A stretch of DNA of 61,629 bases, filler included, from Chiloscyllium plagiosum (lineage: Eukaryota), in NCBI RefSeq assembly GCF_004010195.1. It is 5 parts of one record of this genome, joined end to end, with 100 filler letters (N's around TTAATTAATTAA, not from the genome) between each part and the next. Parts side by side here need not be neighbours in the genome. Positions count along the whole stretch, not along the records: positions 55,461 to 61,629 come from NC_057715.1; 4 more parts are not named here. One strand, given 5' to 3'. Each line of letters starts with the position of its first letter. Within the stretch, counting starts at the first letter, position 1. Positions 59,088 through 61,629 of the stretch are shown here, piece by piece. The translations under genes and the position numbers were made by a program. Under the pieces are notes generated by a model. That model saw nothing but the letters and a program-made list of their open reading frames with translations. It was not told the DNA's origin and did no database searches.

Positions 59088-60740
59088 CCTCATCCTTTAA
59101 AAAAGGAACCCCCTTGAATATCAAAGATAGCTTCATTTTTGAAGCCCTTCAAAAACAAACGGGTTAGTGGTCTAACACACAAATGCACTATACGAACTAT
59201 ACATATGCAAACATGCACAACCATATGCGAATTCAGATCGTGGCATACCCGTCACTGAGTGCCTCCTTATCTCATTCAAGTCTCGATAATGCATCGGCAA
59301 TCATGTTTTTGCAACCTGCCACCTGCACAATGGTCAAATTGAATGGCTGCAACAGCAAGCTCCATCTAAACAGTCTGGCATTTTTGTCCTTAAATTTTTC
59401 CACAAATATCAATGGGTTAGGATCAGTGCATACGACTGTCTCAGATGCATTGCTGGTAAAGAAACATTGAAATGCTGTAATGCCAACACCAAGGTTATAG
59501 TCTCTTTCTCCAACATTGAATAGTTGTGTTGATTGAGCATTCAACTTCCTGAAAAAATACCCAATCGGCTTTTATTTTCCCTCATCATCCTCCTGCAGTT
59601 AGTCTCTGAAATGTGGCTGGAGCATTTTTCATACCAAATGGCACGACTTTGAACTGATATAGTTCATTTGGTGTTACAAAAGCTGAAATTGCCTTTGTTC
59701 GCTCTGACAGAGGTACTTGCCTCTGAGTAAGTCCAAATTAGAAATGTAAGTTGCTTGTCCCACATTTTTGACACAGTCCTCCAACTTGGAATTGGATATG
59801 CATCAGTCTTTGTAAAGGCAATACTCCACACATAACCTTTGGGTACCATCTGGCTTTGGCACCATGGCTATAGGTGAGCTCCAGTCACTGTAACTCACTT
59901 TGTTTATGCCATCTTGGAGCATGCGCTCTACCTCCTTCTGAACCTGTGCCAACTTTAGAGGGTTATGCCTATAAGGATGTTGCTTAGTTGGAACAGCATC
60001 TCCTATATCTACATCATGCACAATTAAGTTAGTACTTCCCAGTTTATTTCCGCATATCTCCCCATAACTCTATCAGGTCATTTTGATTTTCTTGTGGAAG
60101 GTAACTCAATAATTTGTTCCAATTTTGACAACTTCCTGGTTGTTCAATATGATTTGAGGAATGTCCAATTCAGAATCCTCTAAACTTGGTTCTTCCTTCT
60201 GGGCTGTCATCATTAACACTTCTCTTGCTTTCTTTCCCTATCAAAACACCTCATGACACACTCTGTGAGATTTCTTCCTGTCTGGAGTCCTTATTAAGTA
60301 GTTCACCTTATTCAATTTCTTCTCAATTTGATACGCTCCACTAAACTTGGGTTTTAAAGGTTCACCTGTTACTGGAAGCAACCCCAATACCTTATCCCCA
60401 ATTGCAAAATTGCAAATTTGTGATTTCTTATCTGCTTCCTGTTACATTGTATGCTGTGATACTTTTAAATGCTGTCCAGCCAACTCTCCAGCTCTATTTA
60501 ATCGTTCTCTAAAATTTGACACATAGTCCAAATGGGTGATCCCTGAATTCTGGCTTATTAGTTTCTCCTTATTCAATTTTAACGGTCCTCTTACTTCATG
60601 CCCAAACATTAATTCAAATGGATTGAATTTGGTTGATTCATTCGGAGCATCTCTGATTGCAAAAAGTACAAATGGAACTCCCTTAACCCAATCATCTGGA
60701 TAATCCTGACCATAAGTCCTCAACATGGTCTTTAGTGTTT
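59088..60740 (-). mobile_element. Gmr1-like gypsy pol remnants in INT-RT-RNaseH order
   Basis: Integrase C-part at 60726-60442 (W...PFVLFAIRDAPNEST.F.PFELMFGHEVRGPL). RT start at 60021-59803 (PYR..P...EVERML...WSSP..MVPKPDGT.RLCV). RNase H end at 59544-59272 (TD.NPL...RL.RWSL.LQ.F......G..N..ADALSR). Frameshifted and partly deleted. Confidence 0.85.
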
Positions 60741-61629
60741 GATACAGAACCTCATCACCTCAGGAGATCTCCCACCCACAGCTTCCAACCTCATAGTCCG
60801 GGAACCCCGCACTGCCCGGTTTTACCCCCTTCCCAAGATCCACAAGCCTGACCACCCTGGCCGACCCATTGTCTCAGCATGTTCCTTCCCCACTGAACTC
60901 ATCTCTACCTACCTTGACACTATCCTATCTCCCCTAGTTCAGGAACTCCCCACATACGTTTGAGACACCACCCACACCCTCCACCTCCTCCAAGACTTCC
61001 GTTTCCCCGGCCCCCAAAGCCTCATCTTCACCATGGATATCCAATCCCTCTACACCGCCATTCGCCAAGACCAAGGCCTCCAAGCCCTCTGATTCTTCCG
61101 CTCCCGACATCCCCAATAGTACCCTTCCACCGACCCTTCCAACTGGTCCTCACCCTTAACGATTTCTCCTTCGAATCCTCCCACTTCCTCCAGACCAAAG
61201 GGGTAGCCATGGGCACCCGTATGGGCCCCAGCTATGCCTATCTCTTTGTTGACTATGTAGAACAGTCCATCTTCCATAATTACACTGGCACCACTCCCCA
61301 CTTCTTCCTCTGCTACACTGATGGCTGCATTGGCGCCAGCTCGTGCTCCCGCGAGGAGGTTGAGCAATTCATCAACTTCACCAACACATTCCACCCTGAC
61401 CCTAAATTTACCTGGACCATCTCTGACACCTTCCCCGCCCCTCCCTTCTTGGACCTCTCCATCTCCATTAATGACGATCGACTTGACACTGACATTTTTT
61501 ACAAACCCACCACTCCCACAGCTACCTGGATTACACCTCTTCCCACCCTACCTCTTGCAAAAATGCCATCCCGTATTCCCAATTCCTCCGCCTCCGCCGT
61601 ATCTGCTCCCAGGAGGACCAATTCCACCA
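60741..61629 (+). mobile_element. Penelope-like element RT region (Neptune-like), runs off the window
   Basis: [44 protein letters not shown] and a degenerate YxDD motif. Confidence 0.85.

Overview
Vertebrate genomic DNA, very probably a shark (inferred from HE1/V-SINE-like tRNA SINEs, abundant CR1 LINEs and the Penelope-derived repeats). It is a patchwork scaffold: two 500-N gaps, one 31-N gap and four artificial 100-bp spacers (44N-TTAATTAATTAA-44N) join contigs whose order and orientation look unreliable. Host genes: one PH-domain exon of a PLEKHB1/evectin-like gene, present twice in a near-identical 1.6-kb duplication; the last six coding exons of PPME1 (+, 15227-18333); and three coding exons of an inosine-uridine-preferring nucleoside hydrolase, two on + (38231-40615) and the first on - (46132-46314), with a candidate TATA-driven 5' exon. 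The rest is mostly transposable elements: CR1, L1, RTE and two Penelope lineages, Tigger-like MITEs, solo LTRs, a Gmr1-type gypsy element (INT-RT-RH order) and the 3' end of an endogenous retrovirus. Most notable are (i) many minimal hammerhead-ribozyme motifs, carried by short Penelope-derived insertions that have 10-15 bp TSDs and are often fold-back, and (ii) an ERV LTR whose U3 is a CpG-rich ~43-bp tandem array of E-box/E2F/ETS/GC-box modules. All family assignments come from manual motif recognition; no database searches were run.
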